DNA of 64,000 bases from Vicugna vicugna (Eukaryota), in assembly GCA_013265495.1 (NCBI GenBank), contig MU058452.1:186001-250000 (forward strand), written 5' to 3'. Below the pieces are notes generated by a model. The model saw only the letters and a list, made by a program, of their open reading frames with translations, was not told the origin of the DNA and searched no databases. Positions within the stretch are counted from its first letter, which is position 1. Each line of letters begins with the position of its first letter. Below, in pieces: positions 51,989-63,720 of this stretch. A program made the translations under genes and the position numbers.

Positions 51989-52415
51989 CAGGTTTCCCTG
52001 GCTATCCAAAAGTAGAGCATTCCTATGAAGACTTTCCCAAGCAGAAATGGTGTAAAGCCAAGAAGCAGTTACCTTAGGATGCAACTTGCTAATGGATGCA
52101 TAAAATAAATCAAGATAAAGCACAGATGCTCACAGACACAGTTCAGAGCGATGGTGTCTTGATGCTGAGATGCTAAGTGTAGTTCCCGGGGAAGGAGCTT
52201 GGCGGAGCCACTCTCATTGCTTCGGGTGCGTGATGCCTCCATGATGGTTCACTGCAAAACGCTCACTGAACTCTGTTTTCGCTTTTTGCCTTCTTTTCTG
52301 CAAAAGCTAAATTCCCCTTTGAGTTTCTTTTGGTTAGGGAAAATGGGTACTAATGAAAGTCTTTCATAAAACTGAAGTGGTGTAAAGCCAACTTTTGAAA
52401 AGCGGGGTAAACCTG
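51989..52415 (-). mobile_element. Tigger-type (TcMar) non-autonomous DNA transposon, Tigger1a_Art-like, full length
   Basis: TA duplications at 51987-51988 and 52416-52417. Imperfect TIRs caggtttccctggctatccaaaagt and acttttgaaaagcggggtaaacctg. Confidence 0.85.
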
Positions 52416-52976
52416 TACAGGAAAATCTACTGGAATCGATCAAAGTGACGTGAGTAACTTAATCGGAATGCATAATAAATATGTAAGTCTGATTGGCCAA
52501 AACACATGGAGAAATTCATTAGAGTCTTCACGTAACAGAGACAGTTTAATACTAGTAATGTCTACTGTTTTACCCTTCTAAAGGACTGACTTGTTCACCG
52601 CATTTGGTCCCAATAAGCAAACTTAGCCGTGAAATGGAATGGGGATCGTATTTTTAGAAAGAAAATGGGATTTTCCTAAACCATCGATCTCTACTGTGGA
52701 TTGACAAAACGATCTTTCGATAATAGCAAATAGATGAGAAAGATCTAGTTTTGAATGATTACTTTCATTTGAGGAAATGTGATTTTTTTTAAAGCGTAAC
52801 AGACATGAAATTTTTAGATATATGCAAAATTTTTATTATGCAGAAAATTTAAGGTTGTTCCTGTTCAAGAGAGAAGGTTTAGAAAACACAAGATCCCTGT
52901 TAAAATCTGAGCTAAAAAGTTTGCTCATTTTCCATAGAACTGCCATTCAGTTATTGGTGCATTTCTTCTCCTATAT

Positions 52977-53004
<28 letters not shown>
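52977..53004. repeat. (TG)14 microsatellite
   Basis: Directly visible. Confidence 0.95.
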
Positions 53005-53007
<3 letters not shown>

Positions 53008-54270
53008 TCATTTGCCTTTCCATATAAACTTCAGAGTAGTTTGCCAATATATATATAATAGTTTGCTGGGATTTTGATTCTTGATTGAGATTGTCCAGAA
53101 TCTCTAGATCAAACTGAATAAAATTCACATGTTAACACTATTGAATCTTTCAATTCATGAACAGATAATATCTCTCCACTTATTTAACTCTTCTTTGATT
53201 TTTTAAATTGTGTTTTGTCATTCCCCATATATAGATCCTATGCATATTTTGTTGGCTAAATGTTTCTATTTTTGTTTTGGTGCTATTATAAATAATATTT
53301 AAAAAAAACTGTATCTGACTATTCATTGTTGGTATGTAGGAAAGAAACTGCCTTTTGTAAATTTATCTTATATCCTGTGACCTTGCTAAACTCACTCATT
53401 TGATCTAGGAAAATTTTTTGTCTTGTTTTGTTTTGTGTATGTGTGTGTTTAAGATTTTTTGTAATTTCTTACATAGATAATCCTGTCATCTGCAAATAAA
53501 AACAGTTTTGTTTCTTCCTTTCTTATATGTGTACTGTTTGTTTCTTTTCTTCTCTTATTGCCCTCACTAGAATTTCTGATTACAATGTTGAATAGAAGTG
53601 GTGAGAGACCATCCTTGCCTTATTCTGACCTCAGGGGAAAATATTTAGTCTCTCACTAGCAAGTATGATGTTAACTGTAAGTGTTGTATAATTTTTTTTA
53701 TTATACAAGTTCCCTTCTAATCCTAGTTTAATGAAAGTTTTTCTTACGAATGGGTTACATTTTGTTCAATATTTTTTTTCTGCATCACTTGATATGATCA
53801 TGTGACTTCACCTTATATATTTGGTTGATGCCATGGATTGCACTCACCGATTTTCAGATGTTGAACCAGCCTTGCGTACCTAGAATGGATCCCACTTGGC
53901 TGTGATGTATAATTATTTTTTAAAGTATTGTGTTTGATTTGCTAACATATTGTCGCAACCTCTGTACCTATAGTCATGAAAGATATTGGTCCATAGTGTT
54001 CCTGTGTTGTAATGTCTTTATTTCCTTTTGGTACTGGGGTAATGGTATGGTAATTACCTGATAAGGGTAGTGCTGATATCATAGTATGAGCTGGGAAGTG
54101 CATCCTCTGCTTCTATTTTCTGGAAAGGATTGTAGAGAATTAGTTTTACTTTCTTTTTAAATATGTAGCAGAACCCACAAGTAAAACCATCTGGGCTTGG
54201 TTATTTTTTTTTTTTGAAGGCTATAAATTATTGGTCTAATTTCTTTAATTGATGTAGGAATATTCATGAG
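53008..54270 (-). mobile_element. Ancient LINE-1 (L1M) ORF2 fragment, degraded
   Basis: Antisense ORF2 hallmarks: caatgttgaatagaagtggtgagag..catccttgcctt; gatgttgaaccagccttg; gatattggtccatag; gtaaaaccatctgggcttgg. Confidence 0.9.
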
Positions 54271-54779
54271 TAGAGTTAATGAGAATCATGATAGCCAAGC
54301 AGATCATTATGCTGGAATTTGCTATAAGGAAGCTCAGAGAAAGTCAAAGTCACTTGCTTGGTATGGAGTCAGAGCCCAGAGACATACCAGGACACCTTCT
54401 CTGAATTGACTTTATAACCTCAAGAAGACGAAAGCCATGATTGGATCTTTATTTTAACTCTTTATTTTAACTTATGAATGGGAAATCTCACAGGATGAGA
54501 TAATGGACAATTCTGAAAAAGGACCTGAATTTTTGAGCTATAGTGATTTGCTTCTCAGTCTATGAGCCTGGAATGCTCTTCACTGTAAGAAAAAACATCT
54601 CAGTGATACTAGGATGCTTGTAGGAACTGGAGGATACCTGATCCCTGACGGGCCCTGAAGCATTTGATCCATTCAGATATTTTGACTTCATCTTTCCTCA
54701 GTTCCAGGTGATCATCACATTTTTATCTTTCCTCTCTGGACATTCTCCTCTATGCCCCTTCTTATGATTGTCAGATCAA

Positions 54780-55110
54780 ACTTGCTGGCATTCCTTAGAC
54801 ATATTTTGTTCCTTCATTCTTTTGTTTTCCATGCGCTACTGAAACATTATACAGATATCTTTGTGGACTCAATTCTTAACTCTTATTTAAGACATCATTC
54901 AAATAGTATCCTCCTCCAAGCTTTCATAGAAGTTGGTCAGCACCTCTGCTATGACTCTCTGTATTTCTCACCTTGTTTTATATTTACCTGTTTGCTGCCC
55001 GATCTACTCTAGCAGGGTGCAAACTTGCCAGGTATGTTTATATTATATCTGTCTCTGTATCCCTTATAGCAACTAAAAGGCATTGTATGCTTTTTCTATT
55101 GAATGAACAA
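54780..55110 (+). mobile_element. L2 3' region
   Basis: tcttatttaagac..attcaaat..tcctcctcc; ctctgtatccc..atagca; ctattgaatgaa. Confidence 0.55.
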
Positions 55111-55755
55111 CGTTATGATGGAGTTAAATGTAAAATTGAAAGTGTGATCGTCCTCTGTCTTCCAGATGGGGTCAATAATAGCAAGGTCAGATTTGTGGCC
55201 AAGTTAGGAGATTTTAGAGAAACTATGGATGCAGAAGAGATAAAAGAAAAAGAACCAGAGAGAGGAGGAAGAGCATTGACATGTGCTAGTGAAGAATTAA
55301 ACTTTAGGTAAGGACACCTGAATGGGATGTCATTTGCCTAAGAGAAAGAAAGGCGAACCAGTGATTTTTTTTTTCCCAGCAAAATGTGGTGGAGAATCTG
55401 GTTAATGATAATAACCATTAAAAAGTTTGTGTTCAATCTGTCAATTTGGAAAAATCAGGAGCATGAGACTTCAGGGAATGGATTTTTGGTGAACTGGCCT
55501 AAAATAGAGGTCCTTTTAGTGATCCCTGTCAGTGGGACTATTTTGGTGGCAATAGATGGTTTACCAGTCTGGAGATAAACTATTTCCTTGGGTTTTTCTT
55601 CTTCTCCAGAAGGCAGAGCCACGAAGAAAAATAGAAAGTTGGGCCCAGTTGGCTCTTTAGCATCAAGAAGATGAGAGATGTGATTGAGTCTTCATTTTTC
55701 CAAATTGAAACATGGGAACTCCTGGAGTTAGAGGAATAGAAATCTTGTGTATGGA

Positions 55756-56462
55756 TCATAAGTGTATTTTTAGTTTTTTGGTGAATCTCTATACTGTTTT
55801 CCATAATGGCTGCATCAAACTACATTCCCAGAAGGAACTTAAATTCAAAAAGATATATGCACCCCAATGTTCATAGCAGCACTATATACAATAGCCAAGA
55901 CATGGAAACAATCTAAATGTTTATTGACAGAGGACTGGATAAAGAAGTTGTAGTATATTTATATAACAGAATACTACTTGGTCATAAAAAATATAATACC
56001 ATTTGCTGTAACATGGATTGACCTGGAGATCGTCCTTCTAAGTGAAGTAAGCCAGCAGGAGAAAGAAAGATATCATATGATATCACTTATATGTGGAATC
56101 CAAAAAAAGACAAATTAACTTATTTTCAAAACAGAAAGAGACTCAAAGACATAGAAAACAAACTTACGGTTACCATAGGGGAAGGGAGTGGGCAGGGATA
56201 AATTGGGAGTTCGAGATTTGCTAACTACTATGTATAAAACAGACAAACAACAAGTTTACACTGTATAGCACAGGCAACTATATTCAATATCTTGTGGTAA
56301 CCTATAATGAAAAAGAATATGACAACAAATACATGTATGTATCTGTATGATTGAACTATTATGCTGTACACCAGAAACTGACACATTGTAAACTGACTAT
56401 ATTTCAATAAAAAATAAATAATAAAGAAAGCCAGACATCTCAAAAAAAAGATTTAAAAAAAG
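55756..56462 (+). mobile_element. 5'-inverted camelid-type LINE-1 (inverted 55756-~55830, sense ~55828-56425, composite tail)
   Basis: Perfect 18-bp TSD agaaatcttgtgtatgga at 55738-55755 and 56463-56480. An antisense ORF2 piece is followed by the sense ORF2 end, 3' UTR and A-rich tail. Confidence 0.93.
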
Positions 56463-56644
56463 AGAAATCTTGTGTATGGAGGTGAGTTAATTCTGGAAGT
56501 CTTAATTTTAACAATTCAAGCCTCACACTGTGGTTCTAGAAAGTTCGGCCAAGTATGAGGGGGTAACTTATGTATAGATTCCACCCTGAGAAATAATGCA
56601 CCCTTCTACAGTCATGGTCATGCAGTTTAACTGTGCTCTGTTAA

Positions 56645-56826
56645 GGGAATGGATTTCAAGCTTAGCTGATTATAAGAATCACCTGAAAAATGTATTCAAC
56701 ACACCTATTTCCTAGAAAAATCCACAGACATTCTTACTCAGCCAAAATGGGATCTGGCCCAGGAATCTGAGTATTTTAAAGACATTCAAGTGTTTCCAAA
56801 GATGGGCCAAGTTTGGGAACTCCTGA
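56645..56826. mobile_element. MER5A/B-like hAT-Charlie element
   Basis: ataagaatcacctg...ggcccaggaatctgagtatttt...ccaagtttgggaactcctg. Confidence 0.7.
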
Positions 56827-58129
56827 GTTAGTCACGACTCCCGGGGAAAGTTCTATCAGAGAAGCAAGAGAGCATCATCATTAGGGGGTTGAGGTTTGAA
56901 GGTGAACTCTGAAGAATTTGGATGGAGGTAGTAAAAAGTTACAGTAGGAATGGAATGAGGGGTGGGGTGCCTGGTCCAGCGATAGAAGTTCTAAGCATAA
57001 CTAGTTCACTCACTGCCTCGGTTTATATTTTTATATATTAAGATCTGAGAAACCATATCCCCAGCAATTTTGTCAGCCCTCCTCATTCCCCTGTCAAAAC
57101 AAGAGGAAAATAGATATATAGGGAAGGAATAAAATAGGGAGGGAAAGAGAGAGCGAGCATGCAAGCAAATATTTATGAACATAAACATATGTCTAAGCCA
57201 AGATGGAAATGTAATTCCCATGCTATCTTGCATCCTAATGAAAACAATTTAATACGAGATGTTTGAACTTAGCAAAAGCTGCTATGAGGCCATTTTTTAA
57301 GAAGCTTTGATAAAGATCGATTGAACCAATTTTTTTTTTCCCCAAAACTCCCATTACATTGGGTTACATAGCTTATTCCTTCGTCACTCTGAGTTTTGCG
57401 GAATGGTGAAAGACAATCACAACAGTTCATTCTTTGAAGACCTGTACATTGGTGGATTCCAAACTGAAAAAATCAAGTTCTAGTCCAAGCAGGGCTGTTC
57501 TCAGAGACCTCCTTTTCCGACCCATCTTATGCTTTCTTTCAACTGGGGGCCTGAACACTCAGCTGGGTCTGTGCTACCTCCAGCGTTGGAAGGTCCCCAG
57601 AGCTAAACCTTCACCTCCCTGTAAGGTGGCTGAAGACAGCCTGCATGCTCTCAGGTGAAACGTACACAGCTGACAGATTACGAGTGACGACTAGCACTTG
57701 ACAGGATGAATAGGGCTGGGAAAAACCAAACCCCTTCTAGACGCTGCAGCCAGCTTCCCAGCATCACCCCTACTCCTCCCTCCTGATTCTACTCAGACGA
57801 GGCTGTCTTAGAGGAGACCCTGAGACAGTTTCTTCTTTAAATGTTACATGACTGATACTCTTCTAAATAATAAGCAAGAGAATTCTGAGTCATTCAACAA
57901 GGTTCTCTGGACCAAGCTCCCCTGGCAGTGCGGAAGGCACACACGTGTTCTCTTTTTCTGTCACTTTGTAAAAAGTGACTTTGATCCAACTGAACTCGGG
58001 CGAGGATGTGTGTCTGTGTGTCTGTGTCTGCATTTCTCTCTCCTCTCGCTCTCTCTTTCCTTTCCTGGACAGTCTCCCATTACCGGATCCTGAAGACTGG
58101 TGTCATGTTCACATTCTTCCTTTCTTTCC

Positions 58130-58720
58130 TTATTCCGTCCCCCCTTCTTTCTGTGGTTCCCGGGGAGGGACGTCAGTTTTGAAAGCGTCAGAAGAGCCCA
58201 AACGCTGATGTATCGGCCCCAGTTGTTTCTCTCAAAAGGCCCTCGGCGCCCTCCCCTCCCCTCTGTTCCCTTCAAGTTGGGGATGATTCATCAGCTGGCC
58301 TTTAGCAAGAAAAGAGGCCGGCGCGGGGTCTCAGGCCTTTGACCTCCGTGAAGAGAAAGGTCACACCCAGCGCAAATGTGCAAACGCCGGAGCAGGAACC
58401 AGGGGCTTAGAAACCCAAGGCGGGGGCGCCAGGCCGAGCGGAGGGGGATGGTGGGAAAGAGTGGGAATTTAGAAAAGTGAAGAGTATATTTCTAAGAGAC
58501 TCCGTGGATCAGCTGACAGCTGGGGTCAGGGGTGATGTTTCTGCTTGATTCCCCCGAACACGTTACAGTAACATCTGCTTGTTAAGGGTCTGGAGGGAGC
58601 GGGTGGGGGGACCAGGCTCGTCTGACCTCCTTCCACAGAAGGGGGCGGGCCGAGGGGTTAGGGGTTCCTCCTAACGTTTGTGCTGGTCTTAACCACCCCC
58701 CTCTCCTGGGCATGATTTGT
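58130..58720. promoter_or_regulatory. GC/CpG-rich island-like region, candidate promoter or enhancer
   Basis: Highest visible GC and CpG density in the window, GC boxes (gggggcgggc at 58641), nuclear-receptor half-sites at 58333-58363, and G-run clusters. Confidence 0.5.
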
Positions 58721-61091
58721 CAGCGTGGCCTCATTTCTTTTTAACATCTCGCCAAATATTTAAGTGAGCCCCCACGGTTGTCGATGGGACAGCATTTGAA
58801 ACTGCAGAAAAGAAAGATTTCGACACGGGGGGTGGGTGGGACATCTTGGTGAAAAATACACAGTGAGAAGGATGAGGAGAGAAAACCAAGATCCCAGGAA
58901 ACTCTTCACACGCCAGGATCGAATGGTTCCCCAGAGACGTCTCCGTTTGGGACACTGTAAACAGAATAAAAAAATCATGCGTCATTGTGCTGTGTCACCT
59001 TCTGCAAACAAACAGAGAAACAAACAACAACAACAAAATCCCTGCTAACAGGGAGGATGGTTTGGTCACTCAGTTACCAGGAAATTACAACTTCATGTAG
59101 GATTTGCCTCAGAGATTGGCTTCCTCAACTCAAAAAAAAAAAAAAAAGACAAAACTCACAACTGAGGGGGAATGAGGACTGAATGTTGATGACCTTTTTT
59201 GTTTGTCCCTTTTATGACTTTCCACACATTGTCCTCGAAAAAACTCCTAGTTATTCCCTTCTATCATGAAAATAGAGTTTTTATGTGCAAATAGCCCCCC
59301 ACTTCCAGTTTCTCTGGCCAAACTCATCGTCAGTGGAAATGTAGAGCAGTTTCTGGAAAACGGGCTGATGGAAGAAGAAAATACATTGAGCTGCTATGTT
59401 CTTTTCTTCATTTTCTGACAGAACACATGCAGTGTGTCTGCCGGCTTCTAGAGTACATATTTGGCTCTGGTGACAATTAGCCAGACTCTTGTGTTCCCAT
59501 TTCCCACGATTTTTGTTTAGAAGTTTCTGGAAGGATTCAGCTTGGTTCTGTAACAATCTCTTGGTGCCACTGTAAGCACCAACCTCCATAACTGACACAT
59601 CGTTTATGCCTTAACCACTTACATGACGCTTTGTTTCAGCCTTAAGCCTTGCAGGGAAGAATACAATTTGGGAGTCAGGGGAGAGGCTGGAGATAGAGGA
59701 TATTATTTTTAGCTAAAAAAAAAAAGTTAGAATAAGCGAGTGTGTGATTTCACAGGCAGCCTCCTTTGGGTTCTGAGTCCACGGCCAAGCTCACGCAGTC
59801 CAACCTTCCATGTAATTGTACGGAAACAACATGTTTGCTATTTATAGAGAATTGCCTTGGGGAAGCCAACTCCAAAGAGGAGGATGGGCTGTTCTGGGGA
59901 AGCTGGATGCATGCGAATGGGGCCTCTTCAAAGGTAAGGGCTTGGATGCATGTGTGTGGTTGGTGGTGGGATGGGTGATGGAAGCTGTTCAAAACCACTT
60001 TGTGATTATAAATAATAAAAAAAAAAATTCAATCGGAAGTGCGTTCTGCCAAACTTGACAATAAACCTCCTAGCAGGGCATTGAGATTTTCTTAATCAGG
60101 GTCAGACCCACAAGCATAAGGCCAACGAGTTCAGTGGGAAAAACGACTCTTCTTCCCAGCTTTTTTTCCTTTCCTTTTTTCTTTCGTTTGGAAAGGACCC
60201 CCTCATAAACATGCAGAGCAATTTTCCAGTACATTAACCCAGGAGGGATCCTCTCTTTGTCGGCTCGAGAGACAGAAAAGTTGAGAACCAGGGTGAGGGG
60301 AAGATGGATGGCCTGGGATATAAGAGAGAGTAGCTTTTCCACTGTCCTGCCCTGTACACCTAGGACAAAGACTTCATTGACTGCCATGCCTGGCATCAGC
60401 CTCATAAACTAGTAGTCAGGCACAAAAGGCCTGACACTTGAAAGTACAAGTCCCTGCCTTTTTCTATTGCAGCTGTGCAGGGGGGCTGGGCCTAACAGTG
60501 GTGTCCCATTGTCAGCCCCTAGGACAAGAGGTGAAGATAAATAGTGTTGACTTTAATGTAGTCACACAATTTTGCTATTTCCCCAAAGACAACATTTCCT
60601 CCCGGGCCGCACATCATGGCCCCAGGAGATACAGCCAGGGAGCCAGGGTCCAGTGGGCCTGGCATCACAGTGAGGGCGCAGAGTAGACGTGTAGCTGGAG
60701 GGAAGGGGAGCAGACAAGGGACAAGTACAGAGTCGTGGGATCTGTCCCTTGTCCCCTGTGACGAGATAGTATGGTTTTCATGCATTCCAGCTTGGTCACA
60801 GTGGTTTCTTTCATTTTCTTGAGATCCCTGGAAAAGGTCCGAGAGGGGAAAAAAAAAAGGATGCAGGAAGCAAGACTGAAAACCATGTACAATTATATGA
60901 TTTAAAAAATTGGGGGGAAAAAGAAAACACTTTGATATCTTTCTGATTATCACAAGACCAGACAGTTAAATGCTTTCCTGGGAACATTTTGATAATAAGA
61001 CCTTAAAACAAGCACTTAAGTAGAATGCAAGAGTTTAAGACTTCTACATGGTGACATCAGGAACACGTCAGCTGTGCGGTCTGTTGCATTT

Positions 61092-61348
61092 TTTTTTTTT
61101 AATTGAAGTATAGTCAGGGAGGGTACAGCGCAAGTGGTAGGGCGCATGCTTAGCATGCTTGAGGTCCTGGGTTCGGTCCCCAATACCTCCTCAAAAAAAG
61201 ACAAAATAAAACCTAGTTACCTCCCCCTGCCAATTTAAAATAAAATAAAAATGAGACAATAATAAATAAAATATTTTAAATAAATAAATTGAAGTATAGT
61301 CGATTTACAATGTTGTGTTAATTTCTGGTGTATTGTGCAGTGATTAAG

Positions 61349-61386
<38 letters not shown>

Positions 61387-61634
61387 CTTTTTATATTCTT
61401 TTTCATTATAGGCCATTACAAGGTATTGATTATTGTTCCCTGCACTGTACAGTAGGACCTTGTTGTTTATCTAGATTTGTGGATTTCCACTTATACAAGA
61501 TCTTCTGCCAGAGTTCAGTTGGTAATCTGTGAGAATTGTTCCACATGTAGATATATTTTGATGTATATCTGGGAAAGGGTGAGCTCCTTCCTGGTCCTTC
61601 TATTCTGTTGTCTTGAAGCCTCCGCCACCCCCGA
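61092..61634 (-). mobile_element. Internally deleted LINE-1 (putative 5' end joined to 3' UTR) with a nested SINE
   Basis: 12-bp TSD tctgttgcattt at 61080-61091 and 61635-61646, poly(T), and antisense 3' UTR to 61473. 61474-61634 resembles an antisense cetartiodactyl L1 5' UTR start. Confidence 0.75.
61116..61286 (+). mobile_element. tRNA-derived camelid SINE (vic-1-like, long form) nested in L1
   Basis: gggagggtacagcgcaagtggtag...gggttcggtcccc, with tail motif acctagttacctccccc. 15-bp TSD aattgaagtatagtc at 61101-61115 and 61287-61301. Confidence 0.93.
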
Positions 61635-62727
61635 TCTGTTGCATTTCATTGTTGTAATCATTAGCATTTATTTGATGGGACATCAGCATAGGTAAACCTT
61701 TTCTATTATTTCTTTTTGCGTGAAGGAAGATGGAATTTGAAATACAGAACACAGAACCTATTTGGACTGGATGGATTATGGCCAAGTTCAGTTGGCTGGA
61801 GAGGATCACTTTAATGTCATCCTAAATCTGCTGACTGCGTGGTTCCCTTTCATATCTGTCTTTTCACCCTCTAAAGAGGCTCCTTGGAAGATAATGTCTG
61901 AGCCATCCCCAGTGACAAGCGTCTGTCTCAAGTGAGACCTCTCTGTCTTTGGCGTGGACTCTGAGAGGCTCAGAGCAGACAGGTTCTAATGAGCTATCCA
62001 AGAGTATTTTATGTAGAGAGAGAGAAGAGTGGGGTAGCTCAGATCCCTACAGGTCCCTTGTGTTCAAGCCAAAGAAAAGTTAGAGTTGAGACGTGAACCA
62101 GAGAGGAGTTCGACTTATAAACACCAATAGTGGAACTCAGATCAGTCAGTCATTAGCTGATTTATAACATGTAGCTGAGTTTCCCTGCTCATTCCTCTAT
62201 CAAGTTTCTAAGTTGAGAGCCTCCTTCTACTTATGACACCTCTGCATCATTTGAGAAGATATTATTCATCCAAGTTACTTAAAAAAACTATTCTGCACAA
62301 CTCTCCTCCAATCTCATTTTAGAGAATTGCTTGAGGCTGAGATTTAAAGATATCACATTGATGGGAAACTATTTGAGACTAGTTTCTTTCTGTGAATCTT
62401 TTAAGGAAACATATTTACTCTAAAAGCTAATCTTTGCAAGTTGGGAGCCAAGTTGCTTGAAAACAGAAGTACTGACTCCTTGTAGCTTCCCATTCACATG
62501 GGTTTAATGTATTTAGGGGAACCCTGGAGCTGGTACATTCCCTCATGAAATTAGAAGGAACTGTTTTCAACTTAAACGTGGTTTGCTTTTGAATGCTTGT
62601 GTGGCAATAATTCTGACTTTTGATAAATGTATTGTCTTGGAAAATGTGCATTCCGCTGATTGCCTTTGGCTTTTAGTTTTGGAGTCCCCTCAATTCATTA
62701 TTTCCAGGATCTAATTATGCTTATTTA

Positions 62728-62864
62728 TTTCTTTTTTGGGGGGGAGGGTGTAATTAAGTTTATTTATTTATTATTTAAAAAACATTTTTTTTTAAATAGA
62801 AGTACTAGGGATTGAACCTGTGTATGGTAAGCATGTGCTCGACCACTGAATTACACCCTCCCCC
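62728..62864 (-). mobile_element. tRNA-derived camelid SINE (vic-1-like, long form)
   Basis: gtactagggattgaacc...aagcatgtgctcgaccactgaattacaccctccccc. Degenerate TSD ctaattatgcttattta and ctagttacgttcattta. Confidence 0.88.
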
Positions 62865-63619
62865 TAGTTACGTTCATTTATAATTCAGTAAAGTCTTGAT
62901 TGTATCCAGAAACCTACAAGTTATCTCAGAATGCCACTTCCTTTTTCACATCTCAGGTCTGGTTTCCGGGGAACACAGCAAGTGAGCCTAATTTTGTCCC
63001 TCTGCCTCTGCCTGATCCACTGCCTTCTTCCTCCTCCCAGAGCCTCTGGGTCTTCATTCCTCTGAGCTCTCAGATGCTCCTCTGGGTTCTCTTCACCTTG
63101 TATCTTCCAGATTGTCTAACATAGAACGTCACTTGGCAGCTCTCTGATGTGAAGTACTGAGCTTCTTGGTAGCAGGGAAAAAAAGCTGAATATGAGCAAA
63201 TGGAAACCCCGTTTGTAGTTGTAAAAACGAGTAAAGTGTAGACTATGTCTAGGGGGTTTTCTTGGGATGATGAGATGTGAGCTGCTGGACATTTTGCTCT
63301 GCTTTTCTGGTTTCAGGTGCTCCTCTTCTAGCCCATTCTTTTCTAGAGGGTGCATGGTTCCACAGGTTTTCACTGCCAAAGCTGAAAACAGAGACTCAAC
63401 ATTCTAACCAGATCTTCTCAAGAGCAGAAAATGACAGCACTTGTGTCTCGTCTTTTCCTACTCTACCCATTTTATTCCTCCTATCCCTTGACTCCAAACA
63501 CAGAAAGGACTTGCCATCAGGGGTTATCTGGCAAACTCTAGGCTGGGAAATGTCTCTCAATCTTTCCTTCTGAAAGTCTGCTACCTGAGAGGCAACAATT
63601 TGCTTGGGAAAACTCATGG

Positions 63620-63720
63620 GTTGGGTGCTGGGAAGACTTCAGTTCTAGTCTAGTGCCCTCTTGATTGACCTTGGATGATCATTTTATCTCCCCCAGTTTT
63701 CTTCTCTGTAAAATGAACAA
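63620..63720 (+). mobile_element. MIR fragment
   Basis: gttctagtc...tgaccttggatgatcatttt...cagttttcttctctgtaaaatg. Confidence 0.7.

Noticed and set aside
13276..57895. Scattered AP-1 (TGAGTCA) sites and miRNA-seed-like words
   Set aside because: The number seen is about what chance predicts for 7-mers in 64 kb, and none of the seed-like words extends to a mature miRNA I recognise.
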